From positions 16,136 to 48,135 of the forward strand of contig JAQGLO010000087.1 of NCBI GenBank assembly GCA_028292825.1: DNA of 32,000 nt. The letters run 5' to 3'. The stretch is from Alphaproteobacteria bacterium. GTDB taxonomy: Bacteria; Pseudomonadota; Alphaproteobacteria; Micropepsales; Micropepsaceae. The position numbers and the translations under genes were made by a program. Each line of letters starts with the position of its first letter. Positions within the stretch are counted from its first letter, which is position 1. The notes beneath the pieces were generated by a model. The model was not told the DNA's origin and made no database searches. It saw nothing but the letters and a program-made list of their open reading frames with translations. Shown one piece after another: positions 1-7,782 of this stretch.

Positions 1-15
1 GTAGGGGAAAGCCCC

Positions 16-612
16 GTGCCTAATCCAGAAAAGGTCGTCACAAAGCTCGCGACGGTTCACGGTGACTTCGATTTTATCGGCTACATTTGGGATGAGCACG
101 ATGATGAGAATATTTTGGCCGTTGTTAAGAGGCCATTTGTAGGTGTTCCTCTCGTGAGAGTGCAAAGCGCGTGCTATTCAGGTGAAATATTTGAAAGCCT
201 AGACTGCGATTGCCATGAACAGCTTGTCCAAAGCTTAGCGCGCATTGAATCGGAAAGCGGTACCATGATTTATTTGCTAAGGGACGGAAGGGGGGCTGGG
301 CTCAGGACGAAATTGAAAGCCCTGGAAATGTGGAGGGTAGCAGGTATCGACACCGCCGATGCTTATGAAAAAATGGGCGTAGAATTGGACCCGAGAACCT
401 ATGAGAAGGCTGCATATGTTCTAAAGGATCTTGGATTGTCGTCGATACGCCTTATGACAAACAATCCTCGGAAAATCAGCGGTATCGAGTCTGGAGGTTT
501 GGACGTTCGGCGCGAACCACTCGAAATTATTGTTGGTGCAGGCAGCGAAGCGGCGAAGTACCTGCGAGTTAAGGCCGAAAAGTTGGGCCACCTGTTGGTC
601 CAGTTTCGTTAG
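16..612 (+). CDS. GTP cyclohydrolase II (RibA)-like protein, a divergent stand-alone copy.
   Basis: 198-aa ORF from GTG 16, with AGGGGA at 3-8 as a Shine-Dalgarno-like element. It aligns end to end with E. coli RibA as I recall it. LVRVQSACYSGEIFESLDCDC matches [20 protein letters not shown], with the three Zn cysteines at the identical +11/+13 spacing. DGRGAGL matches EGRNIGL, LMTNNPRK matches LLTNNPKK, and C-terminal KAEKLGHLL matches KAEKMGHLL. The frame is open to the window edge, but the length matches RibA (196 aa). Confidence 0.8.
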   Translation: MPNPEKVVTKLATVHGDFDFIGYIWDEHDDENILAVVKRPFVGVPLVRVQSACYSGEIFESLDCDCHEQLVQSLARIESESGTMIYLLRDGRGAGLRTKLKALEMWRVAGIDTADAYEKMGVELDPRTYEKAAYVLKDLGLSSIRLMTNNPRKISGIESGGLDVRREPLEIIVGAGSEAAKYLRVKAEKLGHLLVQFR

Positions 613-1102
613 CGAATATAAGGCCGAGCAGTTTAATGGCGTGTCGCGGTTTCGCGGCGGAAACTCGAGTTGTATATTGGCGTCAGGGGATCATGTGGTT
701 ACCAAAGGATCTGCGATAAAGTCGTTCTAAGCCGCTCAGCGCGGCGCTGGTCAGATTTGGTGCAATCGCTTGGTCGGTTGGCCTTCGCTTGGTGATCAGG
801 CCAGGTAGGCCCTGGATTGACTGGGTGCGGGTGCGCCAATTTATCCAAAGGGTTTTGGCGCTTTCAGGCTGCTTTTGGTGCCCTTACGATTCCATTTCTT
901 GCCGTTCTGTGTAGAATCACCCTCGGCGAGTGTGGAGAAATAAGGTGGCAAAGACGAAGCTTTCGGGTGCAAGTATTTTCTCTAATTTGAAATTTGATAC
1001 CTCGGCTTACATCTCGTTGAAGCCAATTTCATCGTTGAAAAAAGACGTCTCCGAAGCGGTTGAAATCCGTACAAAGCCCAAGGTGAAAGCCAAGGGTTAA
1101 TT

Positions 1103-2002
1103 GTGCCGAACATAGCAATCGTTTGGGACTTTGACGGCACGCTGACGCCAATAGATTCAACGACTATAGTCGCTGAAATCTTGAGCGAAGGGTCAGGCAA
1201 CGAGTTTTGGGATACGATCCACAAACTCAAAGGCGATAAGCCTAAATCTGGAAAAAACAGCAAAGAAGAAACATGGCAACACATTTTGGCGATGGATGCG
1301 CCGGTGTGGATGTACGCGCTTTCGCGCTTGGCCTTTGCCCAGCAAATCCCGCTGAATGCCGAGACATTCAAAATCATAGCACCGGAAATAAAACTTTTTC
1401 CAAACGTCGCGCCGTTTCTTCGGAAACTGAAAGATATCGAAAAAACTGCTGTCTTCAGAAAGGTCGGCGTTGAGATCCATCACTTTATTGTTTCGGCAGG
1501 GCTCAAGGATCTTGTTGGTCAAATTCTCCCCGATGGCCTGATTAGATGGACGTTTGGCTGTTGCTATCAGATCAACTCTTTTGAAGGCGATCCGCACATG
1601 CCGGAGAGCATCCCGGTCTTTTGCATGGACGAGACAATGAAGACGCGCTCGCTATATGAAATCTCGAAGGGCTCGTTTCAAGATAAGACAAAAACTGTGA
1701 ACAGCCTAGTCCCACCGGAGAAGCGCTGGGCTCCGTTCGAGAATATGATTTATGTCGGAGACGGCTTTACTGACGTTCCCGCCTTTTCGCTTGTTCGTAG
1801 CTTAGGCGGTCTTGGCATTGCTGTTTACAATCCGAAAAAAACGAAAGCTGATACCAACAAAAGGTTAGAACGGCTGCGCCTAGATAAAAGGACTGATCTT
1901 ATCACGCCTGCTAATTTTGATACGTCTGGCGAACTGTATAGCTATCTCAAATCCCGATGTATGCAGATAGCGCAACGTTATAGGGCGGCACATCCGATCT
2001 GA
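1103..2002 (+). CDS. HAD-superfamily hydrolase, probably a capped HAD-IB-like phosphatase. Substrate unknown.
   Basis: 299-aa ORF from GTG 1103, with AAGGG 6 nt upstream. HAD motif I is VWDFDGTLTP (DxDxT), motif II is IVSAG and motif IV is YVGDGFTDVPAF. A long insertion between motifs I and II is consistent with a cap domain. Confidence 0.7.
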   Translation: MPNIAIVWDFDGTLTPIDSTTIVAEILSEGSGNEFWDTIHKLKGDKPKSGKNSKEETWQHILAMDAPVWMYALSRLAFAQQIPLNAETFKIIAPEIKLFPNVAPFLRKLKDIEKTAVFRKVGVEIHHFIVSAGLKDLVGQILPDGLIRWTFGCCYQINSFEGDPHMPESIPVFCMDETMKTRSLYEISKGSFQDKTKTVNSLVPPEKRWAPFENMIYVGDGFTDVPAFSLVRSLGGLGIAVYNPKKTKADTNKRLERLRLDKRTDLITPANFDTSGELYSYLKSRCMQIAQRYRAAHPI

Positions 2003-2161
2003 TGTTTTGCCCTCTAAAACTATAGGTGGAGTAAGGTGCTTACCGCCCGTTTTTTCCAATCTCTTGCGCCAATTTCTAAAATTCGAGAATTTCGGCGTTT
2101 GATTCCAGTTTGAGGCGAATGCGGCGCCATGCTAGGAACAGCCCGCCGCAGGCTGGCGCGC

Positions 2162-2235
2162 GCGGGTGTAGTTCAATGGTAGAACGGCAGCTTCCCAAGC
2201 TGCATACGTGGGTTCGATTCCCATCACCCGCTCCA
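2162..2235 (+). tRNA. tRNA-Gly, anticodon CCC, with encoded CCA end.
   Basis: It folds by hand into a cloverleaf. The acceptor stem is GCGGGTG/CACCCGC and the D arm is GTTC..GAAC. The anticodon stem GCAGC/GCTGC carries the loop TTCCCAA. The T arm is GTGGG-TTCGATT-CCCAT, followed by discriminator T and CCA. Total length is 74 nt. Confidence 0.95.
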
Positions 2236-2250
2236 GCCGGCGATGACGTT

Positions 2251-2269
2251 ATCGGGGCTGCTCCCCGAT
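2251..2269 (+). terminator. Hairpin immediately downstream of the tRNA. It may be a terminator or processing structure.
   Basis: ATCGGGG-ctgct-CCCCGAT forms a perfect 7-bp stem. It has no clear T-tract, so this is a weak call. Confidence 0.35.
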
Positions 2270-2490
2270 CTCCGCTATTGACCCAAAGGGAAAGGCCGCC
2301 GCCGCCGGGGCGCGGCCGTTCAGCGTCTCGGTATCGTGTCCGGTGGGAGACTGCTGCGACAATTGCGCCATTCCGGATAAGCAGGTGCAGCGGCAGTTGA
2401 CGCGCTTGTTTGTTTTCGCACCATAGCCTGAGCATGACGCCTTGCTGCCGGGTCTTTTGTGACACCGGGCCGGCTTATCTGGGAACCGGT

Positions 2491-4074
2491 ATGAGTGGTT
2501 CGGGCAGTTACCAGTTTGCGCCGGAGGAGCGCCCGGCCTTTCCCGGCTCGCCCTTTGCCCCTTCGCATCCGATCAAGCGCCGTCTGGCCTATGCCGCGAT
2601 CGGCATTGTGACGGGCATCGGCTCGACCTTCGGCAATGCGCTGATAAATGTGAATGTCCCCAGCCTGTCAGGCCCGCTGGGGCTCTATGTGGCTGAGGCG
2701 AGCTGGCTTCCGGCCATCTATGTCGCGATGAATGCGACCGCCAACCTTACCCTGGTCAAGGCGCGCACCCAGTTCGGCATTCCCGCCGTGACCCATACCT
2801 TGCTGATCGTCTATGCGCTGGTGGGATTGCTGCAGTTTCCATTTCCCGGCTTTGCCACGGCAGTTGCCGTGCGGGCGGTGTGCGGTATCACGGCGGCGGG
2901 CCTGACCACCCTGACCATCTATTACATGATGCAGGCTTTCCCCGCGAAGCTGCGGCCGCTGGCGCTGGTGGCGGGTATCGGCCTGCCGCAACTGGGCACA
3001 CCGCTGGCGCGGCTGGTGCCGGTTGACGTGCTGGCGATGAATGGCTGGCACGGGCTGCACCTGATCGAGCCGGCGCTCGCCATTGTCATCCTGGTCCTGA
3101 TCACTCTGTTGCCGCTGCCCCCCAGCGAGCGCAGCAAGGTGTTCGAGCCGCTGGATTTCGTCACCATCGCACTCGCCATCCCGGCGATGCTGCTGCTCTG
3201 CGGCGTGCTGGGCCTTGGCCGGATCCTGTGGTGGGCCGATACCCCGTGGCTGGGCTGGATGCTGGCGGCCGCGATTCCATTTTTCGCCGCCGCCATCCTG
3301 ATCGAGGTCAACCGGCGCCGGCCCTTGCTGCAGATCGGCTGGATGGGCAGCGGCGATATCCTGCGTTTCGCCGCGGTGGCGCTGCTGGTGCGGCTGGCGC
3401 TGGCCGAGCAGACCTATGGTTCGGTGGGCCTTCTGACCTCCGGCGGTCTCAACAATGACCAGCTGCATGTCCTGTTCGGCTTTGTTGCGCTGGCAATGGT
3501 GCTGGGGATTGTCGCCGCGGCTGTCAGCATGCGCGAGCCCCGGTTGCGCTGGCAGGTGCTGGTCGCCGCGCTCATCATCGCCGCCGGGGCCTTTCTCGAC
3601 AGCGGCGCGACCAATGTCACCCGCCCGCCCCAGCTCTATCTCAGCCAGGCGCTGATCGGCTTCGGCACCACGCTCTTTATAGGACCGGCGCTGGTGTTCG
3701 GTTTCCTGCGCATGTTCGTCAAGGGTTCGGGTCATCTGGTCAGCTTCGTGGTGCTGTTCAGCACGACCCAGAATGTCGGCGGCCTGGCGGGCTCCGCGCT
3801 GCTGGGCACATACCAGGTGATTCAGACCCGCGCGCATGCCGCGGCCCTGTCCGAACATCTCGCCGCCGCCGATCCACAGGTCGCCCAGCGCCTGCAGTCC
3901 GGCGCGGCACTTTTGCAGCAGCGCCTGATGGTGGAAGCCAATATCCTCGCCTATAACGATGTCTTCCGGCTGGTGGCGATGCTGGCGCTAATGACCGCGG
4001 CCTATGTCTTCTATCTCATCATCCGCGCCGCCAGACGGGCGCGGCGCGAAGCCCTGGCAGGAGCGTTGGCATGA
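2491..4074 (+). CDS. MFS-type efflux permease, the inner-membrane component of a tripartite pump (EmrB/DHA2-like, divergent).
   Basis: Highly hydrophobic multi-span protein (527 aa from ATG 2491, with GGGAA 5 nt upstream). The track ORF begins at TTG 2410, but its first 27 residues are Cys/Ser-rich and not membrane-like. Its stop overlaps the start of the next gene (ATGA at 4071-4074). The context with an HlyD adaptor and an outer-membrane factor supports the call. Confidence 0.7.
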   Translation: MSGSGSYQFAPEERPAFPGSPFAPSHPIKRRLAYAAIGIVTGIGSTFGNALINVNVPSLSGPLGLYVAEASWLPAIYVAMNATANLTLVKARTQFGIPAVTHTLLIVYALVGLLQFPFPGFATAVAVRAVCGITAAGLTTLTIYYMMQAFPAKLRPLALVAGIGLPQLGTPLARLVPVDVLAMNGWHGLHLIEPALAIVILVLITLLPLPPSERSKVFEPLDFVTIALAIPAMLLLCGVLGLGRILWWADTPWLGWMLAAAIPFFAAAILIEVNRRRPLLQIGWMGSGDILRFAAVALLVRLALAEQTYGSVGLLTSGGLNNDQLHVLFGFVALAMVLGIVAAAVSMREPRLRWQVLVAALIIAAGAFLDSGATNVTRPPQLYLSQALIGFGTTLFIGPALVFGFLRMFVKGSGHLVSFVVLFSTTQNVGGLAGSALLGTYQVIQTRAHAAALSEHLAAADPQVAQRLQSGAALLQQRLMVEANILAYNDVFRLVAMLALMTAAYVFYLIIRAARRARREALAGALA

Positions 4075-5114
4075 CCGCCGCAGACCCATCCCAAGAACAC
4101 GCCTCCGCCTGGAGTCCGCCGGTGCACAGGCTGCGGATCCTGGTGATCATCGCGCTGCTGGCGCTGGCGGCCATGCTGGCCGTGCTTTACGCCTGGAGCC
4201 TGTGGCCCTTCGGCGGCGGCGCCCAGGTCACCGACAATGCCTATGTCCATGGCCGCACCACCGTGATCGCACCCCAGGTCAGCGGCTATGTCGTGGCGGT
4301 GCCGGTGAGCGACTATGCCCAGGTCCAGGCCGGCCAGGTGCTGGCGCGCATCGACGACAGCACCTATCGCGCCCGGGTCTCGCAGGCGCGCGCCAGCCTG
4401 GCGGCGTCGCAAGCCACCCTGGCCAACAACCGGCAGTCCCGCGCCTCCGGCGATGCCTCGCTGTCCGGCCAGCAGGCGGGCCTGATCCGGGCCCGCGCCG
4501 ACATGGCGCGCGTCACCGAACTGGTCAAGGACGGCTCGGTCTCCAAGCGCGAAGAGGACCAGACAAGGGCGTCGCTGATCCAGGCCCAGGCGGCGGCCGA
4601 AGTGGCGCGGCAGAATATCCGCACCGTCGATGTCGGGCGCGGCGGGCTGGAGGCGCAGGTGGCCGCAGCACAGGCGCAACTGGAAGCGGCGCAGATCGAT
4701 CTTTCCCATACCATAATCCGCGCCCCCGAAGCCGGGCAGCTGGGCGAGATCGGGGTGCGGCTGGGCCAGTATGTCACCAACGGCACCCAACTGATGTCAC
4801 TGGTGCCGCCCGAACGCTGGATCATTGCCAATTACAAAGAGGCGCAGACCGCCCATGTCGCGGTGGGCCAGTCCGTAACCTTCCGGGTGGATGCCCTGGA
4901 TGGCGCGCGCTTTACCGGCCATGTCCAGCAATTGTCGCCGGCGGCGGGGTCGGAGTTCGCGCTGCTCAAGCCCGACAATGCCACGGGAAATTTCGTCAAG
5001 GTGCCGCAGCGCATCGGCGTGCGCATCAGCGTCGATCCGGACCAGCCGATGGCGGCGCGCCTGCGGCCCGGCATGTCGGTCGTCACCCAGGTCGATACCA
5101 GCGGCGGGCCATGA
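4071..5114 (+). CDS. HlyD/EmrA-family periplasmic adaptor (membrane fusion protein).
   Basis: 347 aa. It has an N-terminal TM anchor (LRILVIIALLALAAMLAVLYAW) followed by TDNAYVHGRTTVIAPQVSGYVVAVPVSDYAQVQAGQVLARID, a typical lipoyl/barrel-sandwich hybrid start. A coiled-coil A/Q-rich middle and C-terminal NFVKVPQRIGVRI follow. Both ends overlap their neighbours by ATGA. Confidence 0.85.
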   Translation: MTAADPSQEHASAWSPPVHRLRILVIIALLALAAMLAVLYAWSLWPFGGGAQVTDNAYVHGRTTVIAPQVSGYVVAVPVSDYAQVQAGQVLARIDDSTYRARVSQARASLAASQATLANNRQSRASGDASLSGQQAGLIRARADMARVTELVKDGSVSKREEDQTRASLIQAQAAAEVARQNIRTVDVGRGGLEAQVAAAQAQLEAAQIDLSHTIIRAPEAGQLGEIGVRLGQYVTNGTQLMSLVPPERWIIANYKEAQTAHVAVGQSVTFRVDALDGARFTGHVQQLSPAAGSEFALLKPDNATGNFVKVPQRIGVRISVDPDQPMAARLRPGMSVVTQVDTSGGP

Positions 5115-6514
5115 AACGGTTTGGTGTCATGGCGGGTCTGCTTTTGCTCGCGGCCTGCGCGGGTCCGAAGGCCGATGTGCCGCCGCAGGCCGCCGTCACG
5201 CCGCCGCCGGCATGGCGCGGCACTGCCGCATCGGATGGCGTCGTTGCGGCGGGCTGGTGGCAGGCCTTCGGCGATCCCGTGCTGACGCGGATGGTCGAGA
5301 CGGCGCTGGCCGACAATGACGATATCGCCATCGCCGCCGGCCGCGTCGCCGAGGCGCGGGCGCAGTTCCGCCTTGCCCATGCCCAGAGCCTGCCCAGCAT
5401 CGGGGCTGTGGCCGAAGGCGGGCGCGACCGCGAGATCAATCCCGGCTTCGGTGTTCCTGAAACACAGAATGCGGGCGAAGGTGAAATCCAGATTTCCTAT
5501 GACCTGGATCTGTTCGGGCGCCTGGCCGACAGCGACAAGGCCGCCCGCGCCGTATTGCTGGCAAGCGAGGCGGCGCGGGACAATGTCCGGCTCGCCGTGG
5601 CGGCCTCCGCCGCCGGCGGATACATCACCCTGCGCGGGCTGGACGCGCGCCTGCTCGTGCTGCGCGATACCTTGGCGGCGCGCGGCGAGGAACTGCGGGT
5701 GGCGCGGCGCCGTGCCCAGGTGGGCTATTCCAGCCAGCTTGATCTGGCCCAGGCCGAGGCCGCCTATCATGCCACCGCCCAATTGATCCCGGCCACAGAG
5801 CTGGCGATCGCCAGGCAGGAAGATGGCCTGAGCCTGCTGCTGGGTGAAAGCCCCCGCGCCATCGCGCGTGGCATGGACTTCGATGTCCTTGCGGCGCCGG
5901 CCGTGCCGGTGGCATTGCCTTCGTCGCTGCTGCGGCGTCGTCCCGACATTGCGGCGGCCGAGCAGCAACTTGCCGTCGCCGATCATACGCTGGATGCGGC
6001 GCGTGATGCCTTCATGCCCGATGTGCGGCTGGCTGCCGCCGGCGGCCTGGTCGGCTCAACACTGGTGTCCGGCAGTCCCTTGGCGATCTGGTCGCTGGGC
6101 GGCAGCATCCTGGCGCCGCTGTTCACTGCCGGGCGGCTGGAAGCGCAGCAGGATGCCGCGACGGCGCGGCGCGACCAGGCGGCATTCGCCTATCGCAAGA
6201 CGGTTCTCTCCGCTTTCCGCGAGGTGGAGGATACGCTGGTGGCCGTGCAACGTGATGGCGAGCAGGAACAGGCGCTCGCCGCGCAACGGGACGCGCTGGC
6301 GCATGCGTTGCGCCTCGCCGCCAATCGCTACCGTGCCGGCTATTCCCCCTATCTCGACCAGCTCGATGCCCAGCGCGGCCTGTTGTCGGCACGACTGTCC
6401 CTCGTGCAGGCCCGCACCGACCGTCTCAATGCGCTTGTTCTACTCTATCAAAGCCTGGGGGGCGGCTGGACGCCCGAACAGGAGACGCAGGATACAAGGC
6501 AATCCGCCAGATAG
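5111..6514 (+). CDS. Efflux outer-membrane factor lipoprotein, NodT/OprM family.
   Basis: ATG 5111 gives MKRFGVMAGLLLLAACAGPK, with lipobox LAAC. WWQAFGDPVLTRMVETALADNDDIAIA is the typical OMF N-terminal motif. The C-terminal LVLLYQSLGGGW is a hallmark of this family. The track ORF 4004-6514 is this frame extended upstream over the adaptor gene. Confidence 0.85.
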   Translation: MKRFGVMAGLLLLAACAGPKADVPPQAAVTPPPAWRGTAASDGVVAAGWWQAFGDPVLTRMVETALADNDDIAIAAGRVAEARAQFRLAHAQSLPSIGAVAEGGRDREINPGFGVPETQNAGEGEIQISYDLDLFGRLADSDKAARAVLLASEAARDNVRLAVAASAAGGYITLRGLDARLLVLRDTLAARGEELRVARRRAQVGYSSQLDLAQAEAAYHATAQLIPATELAIARQEDGLSLLLGESPRAIARGMDFDVLAAPAVPVALPSSLLRRRPDIAAAEQQLAVADHTLDAARDAFMPDVRLAAAGGLVGSTLVSGSPLAIWSLGGSILAPLFTAGRLEAQQDAATARRDQAAFAYRKTVLSAFREVEDTLVAVQRDGEQEQALAAQRDALAHALRLAANRYRAGYSPYLDQLDAQRGLLSARLSLVQARTDRLNALVLLYQSLGGGWTPEQETQDTRQSAR

Positions 6515-6518
6515 GCTT

Positions 6519-6554
6519 GCCCGGGCTGTAGCACAGAAAGCCCGCCGGCATTTT
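6519..6554 (+). terminator. Probable intrinsic terminator of the efflux operon.
   Basis: GCCCGGGCT (6519-6527) pairs with AGCCCG(CC)GGC (6539-6549) with a 2-nt bulge, and is followed by ATTTT. Confidence 0.4.
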
Positions 6555-6605
6555 CGCATTGTATCGCGCGTGGCCGGAACCTAGGGTTCACTGCAAACAG
6601 GGCAG

Positions 6606-7370
6606 ATGGGTTCCAGCATGACCGCATCCGATGGCATCGATAGCGCGAATTCTTTCGTCCGCTCGATCTTGCGGCGGGCGCTTGCGCTGGTCTGTCTTGC
6701 CGGTGCTTTCGCGCTGCTGTTCTGCGCCCCGGTCCAGGCGCGGCCGCGCGATGAGGCGATGGCCGGCGCCTATCATTGTGCGGCGATCTCCGATTCCCGG
6801 CGCTGGCTCGATTGCTATTACGGGGCAGCGCAGCCTGTGCGCGGCGCCCTGGGCCTGAAGCCCGCACCGGCAGCGCAGACCGGCCTAGTTTCGGCGCCCG
6901 CGACGGGCGCGCCCGCATCGCCGGGCGATATCGGGGTGCGGAACGCCGTCATGAGCGCGGCCGCGGGCTGCGGCGCCCAGCCGGACGAACGCGGATGGCT
7001 GAACTGTTATTATGCGGCCGCCCAGCCGATGCGGGCGACGCTGCATCTGTCACCCGCGCCGCAGGCGGCAGCGATGCCGCAACCGATGCCACCGGGGCCG
7101 ATCAGTGCCGGCAAGCCTGTGCCGGGGCCTGGGGATGGGGTGCCTTTCCTGTCGCGGATGGTGGCCTACAGTTTCGACAAATACGGGTTCTTTACCGTGA
7201 CGCTGGCCAATGGACAGGTGTGGCGCCAGGTGGACGGCGACACCGGCTATGCCCATTGGCGCAAGCCGGCGGCGACCTACATGGCGCACGTCACCTCAGG
7301 TTTCCTGACAAGCATCAATTTCGCGGTCAAGGGATTGCCTGGACTCTACAAGGTCCGGCGCATCTCCTAG
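6606..7370 (+). CDS. Secreted hypothetical protein with an internally duplicated Cys motif.
   Basis: 254-aa ORF with GC3-rich codon usage like its neighbours. The signal-like segment is RRALALVCLAGAFALLFCAPVQA|RP. Two copies of C-x11-C-Y-Y-x-A-A-Q-P-x-R-x-x-L-x-L-x-P-A-P are present. I recognise no family. The start could instead be ATG 6618. Confidence 0.6.
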   Translation: MGSSMTASDGIDSANSFVRSILRRALALVCLAGAFALLFCAPVQARPRDEAMAGAYHCAAISDSRRWLDCYYGAAQPVRGALGLKPAPAAQTGLVSAPATGAPASPGDIGVRNAVMSAAAGCGAQPDERGWLNCYYAAAQPMRATLHLSPAPQAAAMPQPMPPGPISAGKPVPGPGDGVPFLSRMVAYSFDKYGFFTVTLANGQVWRQVDGDTGYAHWRKPAATYMAHVTSGFLTSINFAVKGLPGLYKVRRIS

Positions 7371-7782
7371 GTCGGTTTCGCGCTGGGCGCGCGGCGTTGT
7401 GCACTGCGATGATGTGCGTCCAGCCGGTAAATTCCGCGAAATTGGTTTGTAAAGGTTATGGAAAGGGCGCTGCGCGCCCAGCGCGTCGTCCGGCGCGAGG
7501 CGGAACGCACACCGCGCATATAACGCTGAATTTGCAGGCCTAAAACGCGATAATCCGGGCCCGGACAAATCTTCCGCTCTGCAACAACCGCTTCCTTCGC
7601 GCGGCTTCACCGCAGCGGGGCATGTTGACAACAGTGTTGCTTCCAAGAAATCCTTTTCGCGGAGCCAGCCCGCTTTGAAGGTTGGACCGCAAGACTGAGG
7701 GAAGCCAAAAAACGGAACGCGGTGTGTGCGCAGCTTTGCGCGCGTGCCTTGCGTGATCCAATAAAATCAAAAGGGGGAAGTC

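Larger units (their letters stand above)
1..2115. other. Compositionally atypical (AT-richer) segment, probably horizontally acquired. Its left boundary lies outside the window.
   Basis: Hand counts give 34/60 G+C for nt 1-60 and 26/60 for nt 61-120, versus 44/60 for nt 3001-3060. A/T-rich codons are visibly used in both ORFs. The composition rises sharply at about 2110-2120, roughly 45 nt upstream of the tRNA. Confidence 0.7.

Noticed and set aside
2097-2106. GTTTGATTCC upstream of the tRNA resembles the tRNA T-arm GTTCGATTCC (2212-2221). It could be an att-site remnant.
   Set aside because: It is only a 9/10 match over 10 nt, which is easily chance. The AT-rich block also lies on the 5' side of the tRNA, not at the 3' end where tRNA-targeting integrases usually insert. 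No integrase is present in the window.
2668-3858. 396-aa minus-strand ORF inside the MFS gene.
   Set aside because: It is an antisense shadow ORF with highly charged low-complexity translation. The plus-strand frame encodes a coherent polytopic membrane protein.
4004-5110. Upstream 369 codons of the 836-aa track ORF 4004-6514.
   Set aside because: This part overlaps the HlyD-family gene in another frame and translates to Arg/Pro/Gly-rich nonsense. The real gene starts at ATG 5111 with a clean lipoprotein signal (LLLAAC) and an ATGA coupling to the adaptor gene.
7371-7782. Possible cobalamin or other riboswitch in the 413-bp leader upstream of the TonB-dependent receptor.
   Set aside because: I could not find a B12-box (GCCACTG-like) or other riboswitch core motif. 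Only a short GGGCGC-tgc-GCGCCC hairpin and a TTGACA hexamer without a convincing -10 are present. The leader is unexplained, but there is no evidence for a known RNA element.
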